The notes under the pieces: generated by a model
The model's input: the letters and a program-made list of their open reading frames with translations, nothing else
What the model was told of the DNA's origin: nothing
Databases searched by the model: none
Source: an uncultured Erysipelotrichaceae bacterium
Lineage (GTDB): Bacteria > Bacillota_I > Bacilli_A > RF39 > UBA660
Assembly (NCBI GenBank): GCA_902801525.1
Contig: CADCIN010000003.1
Location: forward strand, 20,096-84,095
Length of the DNA stretch: 64,000 nt
Direction: 5' to 3'
Translations under genes and position numbers: made by a program
Shown here: positions 30,068 to 40,454 of the stretch, piece after piece
Layout: each line of letters begins with the position of its first letter
Position numbering within the stretch: position 1 is the stretch's first letter

Positions 30068-31831
30068 TTAAAATTTGAATAAATCATTTTCATTAATGTT
30101 CATTTCAGGATTATACAATCTTTTATAAAGTGAGGATGTTTTTATCAATTCTTTGTGATTTCCACTTGCCAATACCTTACCATTTTCAATTAAATAAATA
30201 ATATCTGCATCCATAATTGTTGATAATCTATGAGCTACAATAATTATAGTGTGTGTGCTAACCAAATCATCTATTGTTTTTTTAATATATTCTTGTGATT
30301 CATTGTCTAAAGCTGATGTTGCTTCATCAAATAGTATTACTTTAGCATTTTTTAACAAAGTTCTTGCAATTGCAATTCTTTGCTTTTGACCACCAGATAA
30401 ATTTACACCACCTTCACCAATTATAGTATTATACTTTTTAGGCAATGACATAATATAGTCATCTATATATGCCTTTTTACATACATTCCTAATTTCTTCT
30501 AAAGTAGTATCGTTTTTAACCATTTTAAAATTATCTATAATACTTTGATTAAAAAGATATGGATCTTGGCGAATTATTGAAATGTTCTTTCTCAAATTAT
30601 CTTCTGTTAAATCTTTAATATCAACATCATTTATCTTAATTTTACCTAATGACGTATCAAAATATCTCATTAAAAGATTAAATATTGTCGATTTACCTTG
30701 ACCAGATTTTCCAACAATTGCAATTTTTTTATTTGGTAGTAATTGCATTGTTAATCCATTTAAAATATAATCTTCATCTTTTCTATATTTAAATTTTACG
30801 TCGTCGAATGTTATTTTTATTTTATTGTCATTGATTTCTTTTGTCCCAAACTTCTCATCTTTATATAAACGATTATTAACTAGTTCATCAATTCTTTTTA
30901 AGGATACAACAACTTTATTATAATTAACACCGAAATCAGATAAATTTTCAATAACACTGTCAAATCTCCATATTAATGTTTGAATTACTAAAAATAATTT
31001 TATATCAATATTTCCTTTGAAAACTAATAGACCTAGTGTTAAAAATATAATAAATTCAATTGTAAAATATACAAAATTGTTAATCCCATAATATATATTT
31101 TCATCGTTAGAAATTTTCTTTTGCTTATAATTAATATTTTCTATTATTTTTATCATTCTAGAACTAGCATTATCTTTGATCCCCAATGCTTTTATTTCTC
31201 TAATACCATTAATATCTTCAGTAGCATTTTTAGATAATTTATCACTTTCTTTACTAATTTCTTCTTGAACTTTTTTGATTCTAGGATAATAAATATTAGC
31301 TAAAATATACATTATTATTCCAAGTATTATAAATTCTAAACCAACAAAAATTGAAACATAAAACGAATAAATTAATATTACTATGGCAGTTATAAATCTT
31401 GAAGATAAATCAATTATCCTTTTTAAAAGTGATATAATCTTTTCCAAATCATTATTTAATCTATTGGTTAATTCTCCAACACCCATATCTTCAAATGCAA
31501 TAGCTGGTAAATCTAATATTTTATTATATAAATTTATTTGACCATTTTTAATAAAATTCTTTTCTAATTTATTATAAAGCAGTTCTTGAATTGTACTACA
31601 TATAGACCAAGTTAATATATTTGATAAGCCAAATAATGCTAGAAATATTATAAAATTAGCTTGTTGATTAGTAGTTAAATTATCAACTGCATAAGCCCAA
31701 AATATAGATATTGATAATGGTAATACATTTAATAGAATACTAAATATAACATATAAAATGATTTGTAATTTATCATTTTTTAAATATTTTAACATCAGTT
31801 TAAAATGTTTTAAATCCTTCACAAAAATCAC
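30068..31831 (-). CDS. ABC exporter, fused permease/ATPase (type 1 exporter fold), no C39 peptidase domain
   Basis: Six N-terminal TM helices, Walker A GKSGQGKST, signature LSGGQKQR and Walker B ILFDEATSALD. Confidence 0.9.
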   Translation of the reverse strand: MIFVKDLKHFKLMLKYLKNDKLQIILYVIFSILLNVLPLSISIFWAYAVDNLTTNQQANFIIFLALFGLSNILTWSICSTIQELLYNKLEKNFIKNGQINLYNKILDLPAIAFEDMGVGELTNRLNNDLEKIISLLKRIIDLSSRFITAIVILIYSFYVSIFVGLEFIILGIIMYILANIYYPRIKKVQEEISKESDKLSKNATEDINGIREIKALGIKDNASSRMIKIIENINYKQKKISNDENIYYGINNFVYFTIEFIIFLTLGLLVFKGNIDIKLFLVIQTLIWRFDSVIENLSDFGVNYNKVVVSLKRIDELVNNRLYKDEKFGTKEINDNKIKITFDDVKFKYRKDEDYILNGLTMQLLPNKKIAIVGKSGQGKSTIFNLLMRYFDTSLGKIKINDVDIKDLTEDNLRKNISIIRQDPYLFNQSIIDNFKMVKNDTTLEEIRNVCKKAYIDDYIMSLPKKYNTIIGEGGVNLSGGQKQRIAIARTLLKNAKVILFDEATSALDNESQEYIKKTIDDLVSTHTIIIVAHRLSTIMDADIIYLIENGKVLASGNHKELIKTSSLYKRLYNPEMNINENDLFKF

Positions 31832-31929
31832 TCCAGTACTACCTATCTATATAATTATAACATTTTTTTAAAAATAAGTCTTTTATTTACGTTCAAATTA
31901 TAATGTTTTTACCTTTATCATATCAACTT

Positions 31930-32823
31930 TTATTTTCTTTCAATTAAATACTTATTATCTTCATTTATTTGTTTTTGTAGTATTTCTAATTCTTTTATTC
32001 CATGGTTATTCTTTAATATTTCCATTTGATTTCTTGCAGATTCATTTAATTTTATAAGTCTTTCACTTTGACTTATTCCTAATTTAATAAATTCAGCATT
32101 AGAATTTTCTAAATTATTCAATATTACTAAATGAAGTAAATCTGTATAATCTCTCATATTCCCATCTTCTGCTAACTTAGGATTGGATTCTCTCCATTCT
32201 TTAGCAGTCATACCAAATAATGCAACATTTAATACATCAGCTTCTTCAGCATATACAAATTTCTTTTGTTTTTCAGTTAGTGTTGGAACAATATAATTTT
32301 TAACAGCATCAGTATGAACAACATAATTAGTTTTAGATAAAATTCTGTTAGCATGCCATTCTATCTTTTCTTGATATGCTTCATTTTTCTTTAATCTTTC
32401 AAATTCCTTAATTAAATACAATTTAAATTCTGGACTTAACCAACTTGCAAACTCAAAAGCTATATCAGGATGAGCAAATGTACCTATACTATATTTGCCA
32501 CCTTTAGAATATATTCCAATTGCATTAGTTCTTTGTATCCATCTCTTTGGACTTAATGTAAATGATGGGTAGCCTACTTCCTTGATTTTAATTTCACTGA
32601 ATTCCGTGAAATTAAAATTTTCATTATTTAATTGTTCCCATAAACCAATATAATCATATGTTCCTTTATTACTCATCCAGTGAATAATTACATTAGCTGG
32701 ATTATCTGGATTAGAATATTTTGCTAAATCCGTTAATGAAATATAATCAACATCTCCAATTCTCATAATTCCTATTTTATTATTTTTAACATCTATTTCT
32801 GTTTTTACCACATTATTTTTCAT
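31930..32823 (-). CDS. KilA-N domain protein
   Basis: ISLTDLAKYSNPDNPANVIIHWMSNKGTYDYIGLWEQLNN matches the KilA-N-type N-terminus common in mobile elements. Confidence 0.7.
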   Translation of the reverse strand: MKNNVVKTEIDVKNNKIGIMRIGDVDYISLTDLAKYSNPDNPANVIIHWMSNKGTYDYIGLWEQLNNENFNFTEFSEIKIKEVGYPSFTLSPKRWIQRTNAIGIYSKGGKYSIGTFAHPDIAFEFASWLSPEFKLYLIKEFERLKKNEAYQEKIEWHANRILSKTNYVVHTDAVKNYIVPTLTEKQKKFVYAEEADVLNVALFGMTAKEWRESNPKLAEDGNMRDYTDLLHLVILNNLENSNAEFIKLGISQSERLIKLNESARNQMEILKNNHGIKELEILQKQINEDNKYLIERK

Positions 32824-32843
32824 AAATCATTTCCTTTCTTGAA

Positions 32844-32925
32844 TTTTTCAGACACGTCTGAAAAATCTTAATTCTCTAACCACTGGCTAGAATTTTGATT
32901 ATAACAATTAGACAGACACGTCTGA
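32844..32925. promoter_or_regulatory. two copies of CAGACACGTCTGA (inverted-repeat core) between mob and kilA-N
   Basis: Copies at 32849-32861 (inside the 10-bp-arm hairpin TTTTTCAGAC-ac-GTCTGAAAAA) and at 32913-32925. Confidence 0.35.
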
Positions 32926-32968
32926 CCAATTTGTAAATTTTCTTATCTAATATAATTTTACCATAAAA

Positions 32969-34318
32969 TTATCGTTCTAAATCATCATCTTTAGCATAAT
33001 TACTACTAAATTCATTTTGTATAATTTTTAAATCATCATCATCAATTATTTCTTCTTCATGTAATTCATCAATAAAATCATCATACCTATTTGAAGAAAA
33101 GAATTTGTCTTGTAAGAACTTAATAAATTTTTTCCATAATTCTTTAAAGTAATCTAATGCCTCTTGTAATTTATCAACTTTATCTTCTAGCATATCAATA
33201 GTATCATTTGCAAAATCTAATCTATTTTCCAAATCACTAATTCTATCTTCACGAGTAGTGATTTTTTTCTTTAATTCTTTAACTTCATTAGAGTGATTTT
33301 TTAAATCTTGTTCATATTTATCTAATATTATATTTATATCATTAGAATTTTTTAAATTAGATGTAGTATCATTAGTTTGTTCTATATATTTTTTAATTTT
33401 ATCTATATCATCGTTTGAAATAGTATAATTATTTTTATTCATTATTGTTGGTTTTAAGTTGTTTATAATATCATTTATTTCATTTGATTTATTTTGTAAT
33501 TGATTGGCTTTATCATTTAATTCTTTTAATTGTTTCTTATGCTTTTCTTGTTCTTTTCTAAATTTATTATAATCTCTCATATTAGCAACATTTATATCAA
33601 TGTTTCTACCTTCTTCTTTATCTTTAAGAGAGTAGTTAAGATTATATATTCTATTAAATGAACTAATACAATATTCTCTCATTTTATCTTGGATATTAAC
33701 TAAACTAATTTTAGTAAATACATCTGATTTACCAACTTGTTTTTCCATACCATTTTTCATTCCATCTTTAAATGGAACACCAACAATATGTAAATGTGGT
33801 GATGATTCATCAAAGTGAATTGTTGCATTTGCTATCTTAAAATTAGGAACAACTTCTTCTAAATATTGTATTTGTTCTTTATAAACATCAATCATCTTCT
33901 TTTGAAACTTATCATCTTTATCAGACCAAAAATCCATATCTCCAAGTTCAATGATTATCTCACAAGCAAGATCTCTTTTATTATCATTTGAAATATGATT
34001 AAAATAATTATCTATCTTTCTATCATTCCTAGTTTGTTTTTCATTGTATTTAATTCGTGCATCTTCAAATAAATCTAAATATAAATTTTTAGTATCTTCT
34101 ACAACAGATGATGTTCCTTTTATAGTTTTAATTAGTTCTTGTTCTTCATCATATTTTCTTAAATTATGCTTATCAACTTTTGAAAGTTGTTGAAGATTTT
34201 GTATTGAATTATTATTAAGTGAAGTAGTTCCAGATTGATTAGATTTTGCTGTTTTTCTTGCTTTTTTAGATTTGTTTTTATCATTACCTAAATGTAGTGA
34301 ATAAGATAGTTCTATCAT
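32969..34318 (-). CDS. MobV-family relaxase (Mob/Pre plasmid recombination enzyme)
   Basis: HFDESSPHLHIVGVP (HxDExxPHxH motif) in the N-terminal domain, and a long coiled-coil C-terminus. Confidence 0.85.
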   Translation of the reverse strand: MIELSYSLHLGNDKNKSKKARKTAKSNQSGTTSLNNNSIQNLQQLSKVDKHNLRKYDEEQELIKTIKGTSSVVEDTKNLYLDLFEDARIKYNEKQTRNDRKIDNYFNHISNDNKRDLACEIIIELGDMDFWSDKDDKFQKKMIDVYKEQIQYLEEVVPNFKIANATIHFDESSPHLHIVGVPFKDGMKNGMEKQVGKSDVFTKISLVNIQDKMREYCISSFNRIYNLNYSLKDKEEGRNIDINVANMRDYNKFRKEQEKHKKQLKELNDKANQLQNKSNEINDIINNLKPTIMNKNNYTISNDDIDKIKKYIEQTNDTTSNLKNSNDINIILDKYEQDLKNHSNEVKELKKKITTREDRISDLENRLDFANDTIDMLEDKVDKLQEALDYFKELWKKFIKFLQDKFFSSNRYDDFIDELHEEEIIDDDDLKIIQNEFSSNYAKDDDLER

Positions 34319-34329
34319 TTATTTGCACC

Positions 34330-34520
34330 TCCTTTTTAGAACCTACTATTTGTATATAGTAGGGTTATTTTGCTATGTCAAAATTTCTAACCCCCTATAT
34401 ATTTTGACATCTACTTCGTTTATATCAAAATATGGGGGCTAAGGTTTTACACCTTAGGAACCATATACTTTATTCCGTAATAATGCTTGAGGCATTAAAA
34501 CTACATAAAGTATTGATAAA
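34330..34520. other. candidate oriT region upstream of the relaxase gene
   Basis: Dense inverted repeats: CCTACTAT/ATAGTAGG, ATGTCAAAAT/ATTTTGACAT, CTAAGG/CCTTAG and ATACTTTAT (34465-34473)/ATAAAGTAT (34505-34513). Confidence 0.3.
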
Positions 34521-34791
34521 ATAGAAAGTATTACTTTTTATTTTATCTATGTAAATTATTCAAAGTAATTGTAAACTTCGTAAACAATTATTTTGATAAT
34601 TTATTTAAACAAACTTTCCCCACTTTCATTGAACTGAGTTCAACAAAACGTGTTCGTTTGTTATAACTTTTTTTATAAAAAGTTAACAAAAACTTCTTCA
34701 TATGATAGATAACATCAAAACGAAAAGTGATTTTGTTTTGATATTTTCCCATTATTATTTTTATTTAGTTAGTCAAGAATTTCACAAGCAA

Positions 34792-36737
<1,946 letters not shown>

Positions 36738-36892
36738 TTAGATTTAATAAATTTTGATTATAAAATAAATACCAGTATCACTATTGGTACTGGTATTAAA
36801 CAAGAGAAAGTTAATATTGATAAATTAAATATTACAATCTCTTTTGGAATATAAGTAGCATATTTCAAATTAAAATAATAATTGTTGAATAG

Positions 36893-36950
36893 AAAAAATT
36901 CTACAAATATATTGCAGAATTTTTTTATTATAAGGTTGCTCCTTATAAAG
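36893..36950 (-). terminator. tandem hairpins terminating the rSAM operon
   Basis: TTATAAGG-ttgct-CCTTATAA lies just after the stop codon. It is followed by AAAAAATTCTACAA/TTGCAGAATTTTTT, which has a T-run on the minus strand. Confidence 0.55.
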
Positions 36951-36952
36951 TT

Positions 36953-37600
36953 TTAAAGTTTTCTTACCAATTGCTTTTGTGGGGAAGATACGTATTTAGA
37001 TTTTAAATCATTATATACACTTATATAATAATCTTTAGCCTCCTTAGTTTTACCACTTTTTAATAATTCTATTACAGGTAAAACCATATTAGCATAAATA
37101 TTATCTAAAATCTCATCCTTATCAGAACTATTAGATATTTTTTCAACTATTTGTGGAGCTGTTTTATAATATTCCAATACAATTTTTCTGAATTCTGGAT
37201 CTTCTTCAACAAGTTTGTCTCTGTACATTCTAAGTATATTTAATTCATCACAATCATCTGCCAAACCAAGATGATCAACAGCAGCAGTTGTTATATAGCA
37301 ACCACCGCCATCGCTTGAATTACTCCAACCAGAATCGCTCCAAGATCCACTCGAGTTATTCCAGCCAGAATCACTCCAAGATCCACTTGAGTTATTCCAA
37401 CCTCTATCCATCCAAGATCCACTTGAATTATTCCAACCTCTATCCATCCAAGATCCACTTGAGTTATTCCAACCTTTATCTAACCAAGAAGCAGTTGCCA
37501 TAGCTGGTATTAGTCTATCTTCTGAAGAAAAGACATCAACAATTGAATTTAGTTTTTTAGAGAAAACTTTTAAATTTTTTATTCCTTCCTGAGCAGCCAT
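36953..37600 (-). CDS. Trp-rich tandem-repeat protein, putative radical-SAM substrate/precursor, with C-terminal CYITTAA...DDC...LRMYRD domain
   Basis: AAAGGAGGTG RBS before the ATG at 37600 (MAAQEGIK...). Residues 39-100 hold 10 Trp in GWNNSSGSW(M/S)D(R/S) repeats. It is the last gene of the rSAM operon. Confidence 0.8.
   Translation of the reverse strand: MAAQEGIKNLKVFSKKLNSIVDVFSSEDRLIPAMATASWLDKGWNNSSGSWMDRGWNNSSGSWMDRGWNNSSGSWSDSGWNNSSGSWSDSGWSNSSDGGGCYITTAAVDHLGLADDCDELNILRMYRDKLVEEDPEFRKIVLEYYKTAPQIVEKISNSSDKDEILDNIYANMVLPVIELLKSGKTKEAKDYYISVYNDLKSKYVSSPQKQLVRKL
37301..37486. repeat. 36-bp in-frame tandem repeat, 4 full copies plus partial flanking copies
   Basis: Near-identical units ccaagatccact(t/c)ga(g/a)ttattcca(a/g)cc(tctat/agaat)c on the plus strand. 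Confidence 0.85.
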
Positions 37601-37623
37601 TTTTTCACCTCCTTTCATTGCAT

Positions 37624-38574
37624 TTAAATTGATTTAACTCTTCTTAGTATTTTTTCTTTATCAGGTTCTAAATCATAAGTTGATTTCCAAATGCCACTAC
37701 AATATTCTTTTACATCACATAACTGACATTCATCGTAATTTGTATTACAATTTGAATTCATATTTTCACTCATATTGTCCACTGACTCATCATTAGGAGC
37801 AATATAAGTTAAACTTTTGCTACTATTTATTTTATAATACTTCCAATAGTATGGGTCTACTAAACATAAAGGAGTCTCAATAATTTCAAGTTGTCTACCA
37901 CAATTATTTTTATTTCTTTCAAATGAATCTAAACTATCTTCTACATATGGTTGTAAATCTGTAAAGTTTATATATAGTTCATTTATATTTTTACGACATC
38001 TCCCAGAATAATCTGTTGCACATAATTCAAAGTCAATATTATTAGAAAAGTAATTACATAAATATTCTAAAGTCTCTCTCATATCTTGGACTGTAACTTT
38101 ATTCATTATATTTTTAATTGTTACTTGAATATTTCTTTCATCCAAATTTTCTAATCCTTTCATTGTTTCAATGTAGCTTCCATCTGCTCCTGTTAATCTG
38201 TCATGAATATTCTTGTTTAATGAATGAATTGCTGTAATATATCTAAATCTTTTAAAGTCGTAATCATCACCCAAAGACTCAATAATACTATCTACAAAGT
38301 TTTTATCTTTACATTTTGTGGCATTAGAAAGGATAGTAATATATGAATTTGATTTACCTAAAATTTTTAAAACCTCTAAGAAATTTGGATTTAAAGTTGG
38401 CTCTCCTCCAGAAATTGTTATGTGTAAATCATCACCATAAGTACTTAACTTAGTAATATTTTTTTTAATTACTTCTGAATCTAATTGTCCATGTAGTCTA
38501 TCATAAGTACTTAGTGGACAATTTAAACAATTGTGATTACATTTGTAACCTAAAGCAATATAAGAATTAATCAT
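37624..38574 (-). CDS. radical SAM protein (second maturase-like enzyme)
   Basis: C12-x3-C16-x2-C19 (YKCNHNCLNCP), the SGGEPTL glycine-rich motif and a C-terminal CNTNYDECQLCDVKEYCSG cluster. Confidence 0.85.
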   Translation of the reverse strand: MINSYIALGYKCNHNCLNCPLSTYDRLHGQLDSEVIKKNITKLSTYGDDLHITISGGEPTLNPNFLEVLKILGKSNSYITILSNATKCKDKNFVDSIIESLGDDYDFKRFRYITAIHSLNKNIHDRLTGADGSYIETMKGLENLDERNIQVTIKNIMNKVTVQDMRETLEYLCNYFSNNIDFELCATDYSGRCRKNINELYINFTDLQPYVEDSLDSFERNKNNCGRQLEIIETPLCLVDPYYWKYYKINSSKSLTYIAPNDESVDNMSENMNSNCNTNYDECQLCDVKEYCSGIWKSTYDLEPDKEKILRRVKSI

Positions 38575-38576
38575 TT

Positions 38577-39941
38577 CTATTCCCCCAATCTTATATTTTT
38601 TAGCGTTTGTTCAATTATTCTTTCATAAATAATCTTATTAAACTCACATTCTACTTCATCATATTTCATTTTACCATTCGAGTAGATAATTCTGCTTGTG
38701 CATCCCCCTTGACAATAGTACTGCCAAGGACAAGATTTACATTCACTATTAATCTTTTTCTGAAAATATATATTATTTTTTTTAGATTTATTAATTTGAC
38801 TTATTAAATCATAATTTGAAGATAATTTTCCATCTTTATAGATTGAACCGATTTTAACATTTTTATAATCCATCATTTCGCAAGGATATATATCACCATT
38901 TATATCTATTGACAACAGATTAATTCCACCTTTACATCCATTGGAGATGCAATAGCTATTATTACTTCTCTCGTTTAAATTACTAATTCTCATTTGAATA
39001 TTTCCCTCACTAAATTTAATTCCTAACAAATTATATAGTTCAACTACATCAAATAATTTATTAGCAAAAAATCTAACTTCTTCAAGTGATAAACCAATTC
39101 TATCTTCATTAGCATTAGGATTATCTTTGACTATATTGAACTTCATACTTGATATTTTAAGTTCGTTAGTAAAATAATTTATTATATCCGTAATATCCTT
39201 ATAATTATACTTTGTAACAACTGTTATACCACTAACATTGTCACCATAATATTTTTTTAGATTTTTTATTCCTTTTCTTACCATTTCATTTGATGATTTA
39301 TCATTGACCAATCTTCTTTGTATATCTTGATGCTTTTTAGTTCCATCGAGGCTTACTCCAACATTTACTTTCATATCAAACAATCTTTTTGCAATAGAAT
39401 CTGTAATTAAACTGCCATTAGTTTCAATATCAATTTTTAACATAATATCTGTATCTTTAAAAAAATTATATACAAATTCTAACTTGTCAATTGCTAATAA
39501 TGGTTCTCCGCCCCAAACTTGAACTGTAACATTCTTTAATTTTCTTTTTTTAATAATATTTAATATATAAGAACAAATATCTTGTAATCTGTCATTAGTT
39601 ATAACTCTATTATCATCAAGATTTCTAAAACAATATAAGCAGTCAAAATTACATTTTTTTGTAACATCGATGATGAAATAAATATTATTATTTTTTTCTT
39701 TTGATATAGAAATCTTAGGACTTTTAAGTGTTGCTAGTCCGTGTTGCAACATTTTGAATTTTAAGTTTTCTTTAATATTTTTGCTCATAATTCTATTTAA
39801 TAATTCTGCATCAACAATCATGGAACATCCATTTTTATTTAATAAAAATGAATATTTATTCCTTTCATTAGTAAACACAAAGATATCGTCAACATAAAAA
39901 TTATTATCAATATTAAATTTTTTCAATAATTCTTTTCTCAT
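38577..39941 (-). CDS. radical SAM/SPASM-domain protein with N-terminal RRE-like extension
   Basis: C97-x3-C101-x2-C104 (KKCNFDCLYCF), the WGGEPLL motif and C-terminal Cys clusters (CISNGCKGG, CEMMD, CKSCPWQYYCQGGC). Confidence 0.9.
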   Translation of the reverse strand: MRKELLKKFNIDNNFYVDDIFVFTNERNKYSFLLNKNGCSMIVDAELLNRIMSKNIKENLKFKMLQHGLATLKSPKISISKEKNNNIYFIIDVTKKCNFDCLYCFRNLDDNRVITNDRLQDICSYILNIIKKRKLKNVTVQVWGGEPLLAIDKLEFVYNFFKDTDIMLKIDIETNGSLITDSIAKRLFDMKVNVGVSLDGTKKHQDIQRRLVNDKSSNEMVRKGIKNLKKYYGDNVSGITVVTKYNYKDITDIINYFTNELKISSMKFNIVKDNPNANEDRIGLSLEEVRFFANKLFDVVELYNLLGIKFSEGNIQMRISNLNERSNNSYCISNGCKGGINLLSIDINGDIYPCEMMDYKNVKIGSIYKDGKLSSNYDLISQINKSKKNNIYFQKKINSECKSCPWQYYCQGGCTSRIIYSNGKMKYDEVECEFNKIIYERIIEQTLKNIRLGE

Positions 39942-39950
39942 GACAGCATC

Positions 39951-40220
39951 TCACTCTACAATAAAATTTCGTAATAAATATTCATATAAATTTTTTGGTT
40001 TCTCAGATATTTTTTTAAGTATTTTTATAAGTTGTTTGTAATTTGTTCCACGATGGAGAGCAGTTAATAATTCTTTTAAATTATTATTTGAACTTTTTAA
40101 TATTACTTCTTTGTTATAAAGAGTATTGTATAAATACAAGTAACCATCATCTATAAAAAATTTTACATAGTTATTTAAATAATTTAAATTGATATTATTT
40201 TTATTATAAACTATTTGCAT
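39951..40220 (-). CDS. small PqqD-like (RiPP recognition element-type) protein
   Basis: 89 aa, first gene of the operon after a GGGGGGAG RBS. Its size and the pattern (..LYLYNTLYNKEVILKSSNNNLKELLTAL..TNYKQLIKIL) resemble stand-alone PqqD/RRE proteins. Assigned from memory. Confidence 0.5.
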   Translation of the reverse strand: MQIVYNKNNINLNYLNNYVKFFIDDGYLYLYNTLYNKEVILKSSNNNLKELLTALHRGTNYKQLIKILKKISEKPKNLYEYLLRNFIVE

Positions 40221-40332
40221 AAAGATCTCCCCCCAAAATTTAGGATTATTATAATATAAAATTCATTAAATTGCAACATGTTTAAATTAATCACTAAAAA
40301 ATAGCTATGTAAATATTCCATTAAAAAATTAA

Positions 40333-40350
40333 ATATGTTAATCAACATAT
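40333..40350. promoter_or_regulatory. 7-4-7 palindrome upstream of the rSAM operon
   Basis: ATATGTT-aatc-AACATAT, about 115 nt upstream of the first operon gene. Confidence 0.3.
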
Positions 40351-40454
40351 CAAAAAATATACAAGTATCTATCTCAAAAATATTAGTGTTTACAATAGTT
40401 CACGAGTGTTTTATACAACATTATGGGCGTGTTTTATTCAATATTTTATCCTTA

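Noticed and set aside
37301-37486. Regular 36-bp repeats, considered as a CRISPR array
   Set aside because: The repeats are contiguous with no spacers, they are in-frame within a CDS, and no cas genes are nearby.
37288-37503. 71-aa plus-strand ORF (YSN/HRL repeats) opposite the Trp-repeat tract
   Set aside because: It is the mirror image of the 36-bp tandem repeats. The minus-strand frame has a perfect RBS, an operon context and a continuous 215-aa ORF, so the plus-strand frame is a repeat artefact.
38607-38807. 66-aa plus-strand ORF inside the rSAM/SPASM gene
   Set aside because: It is an antisense shadow ORF.
40211-40321. 36-codon minus-strand ORF (MEYLHSYFLVINLNMLQFNEF...) upstream of, and overlapping, the PqqD-like gene, considered as a short precursor peptide
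   Set aside because: It has no RBS, it overlaps the RBS and start of the next gene, and its composition matches that of AT-rich non-coding sequence.
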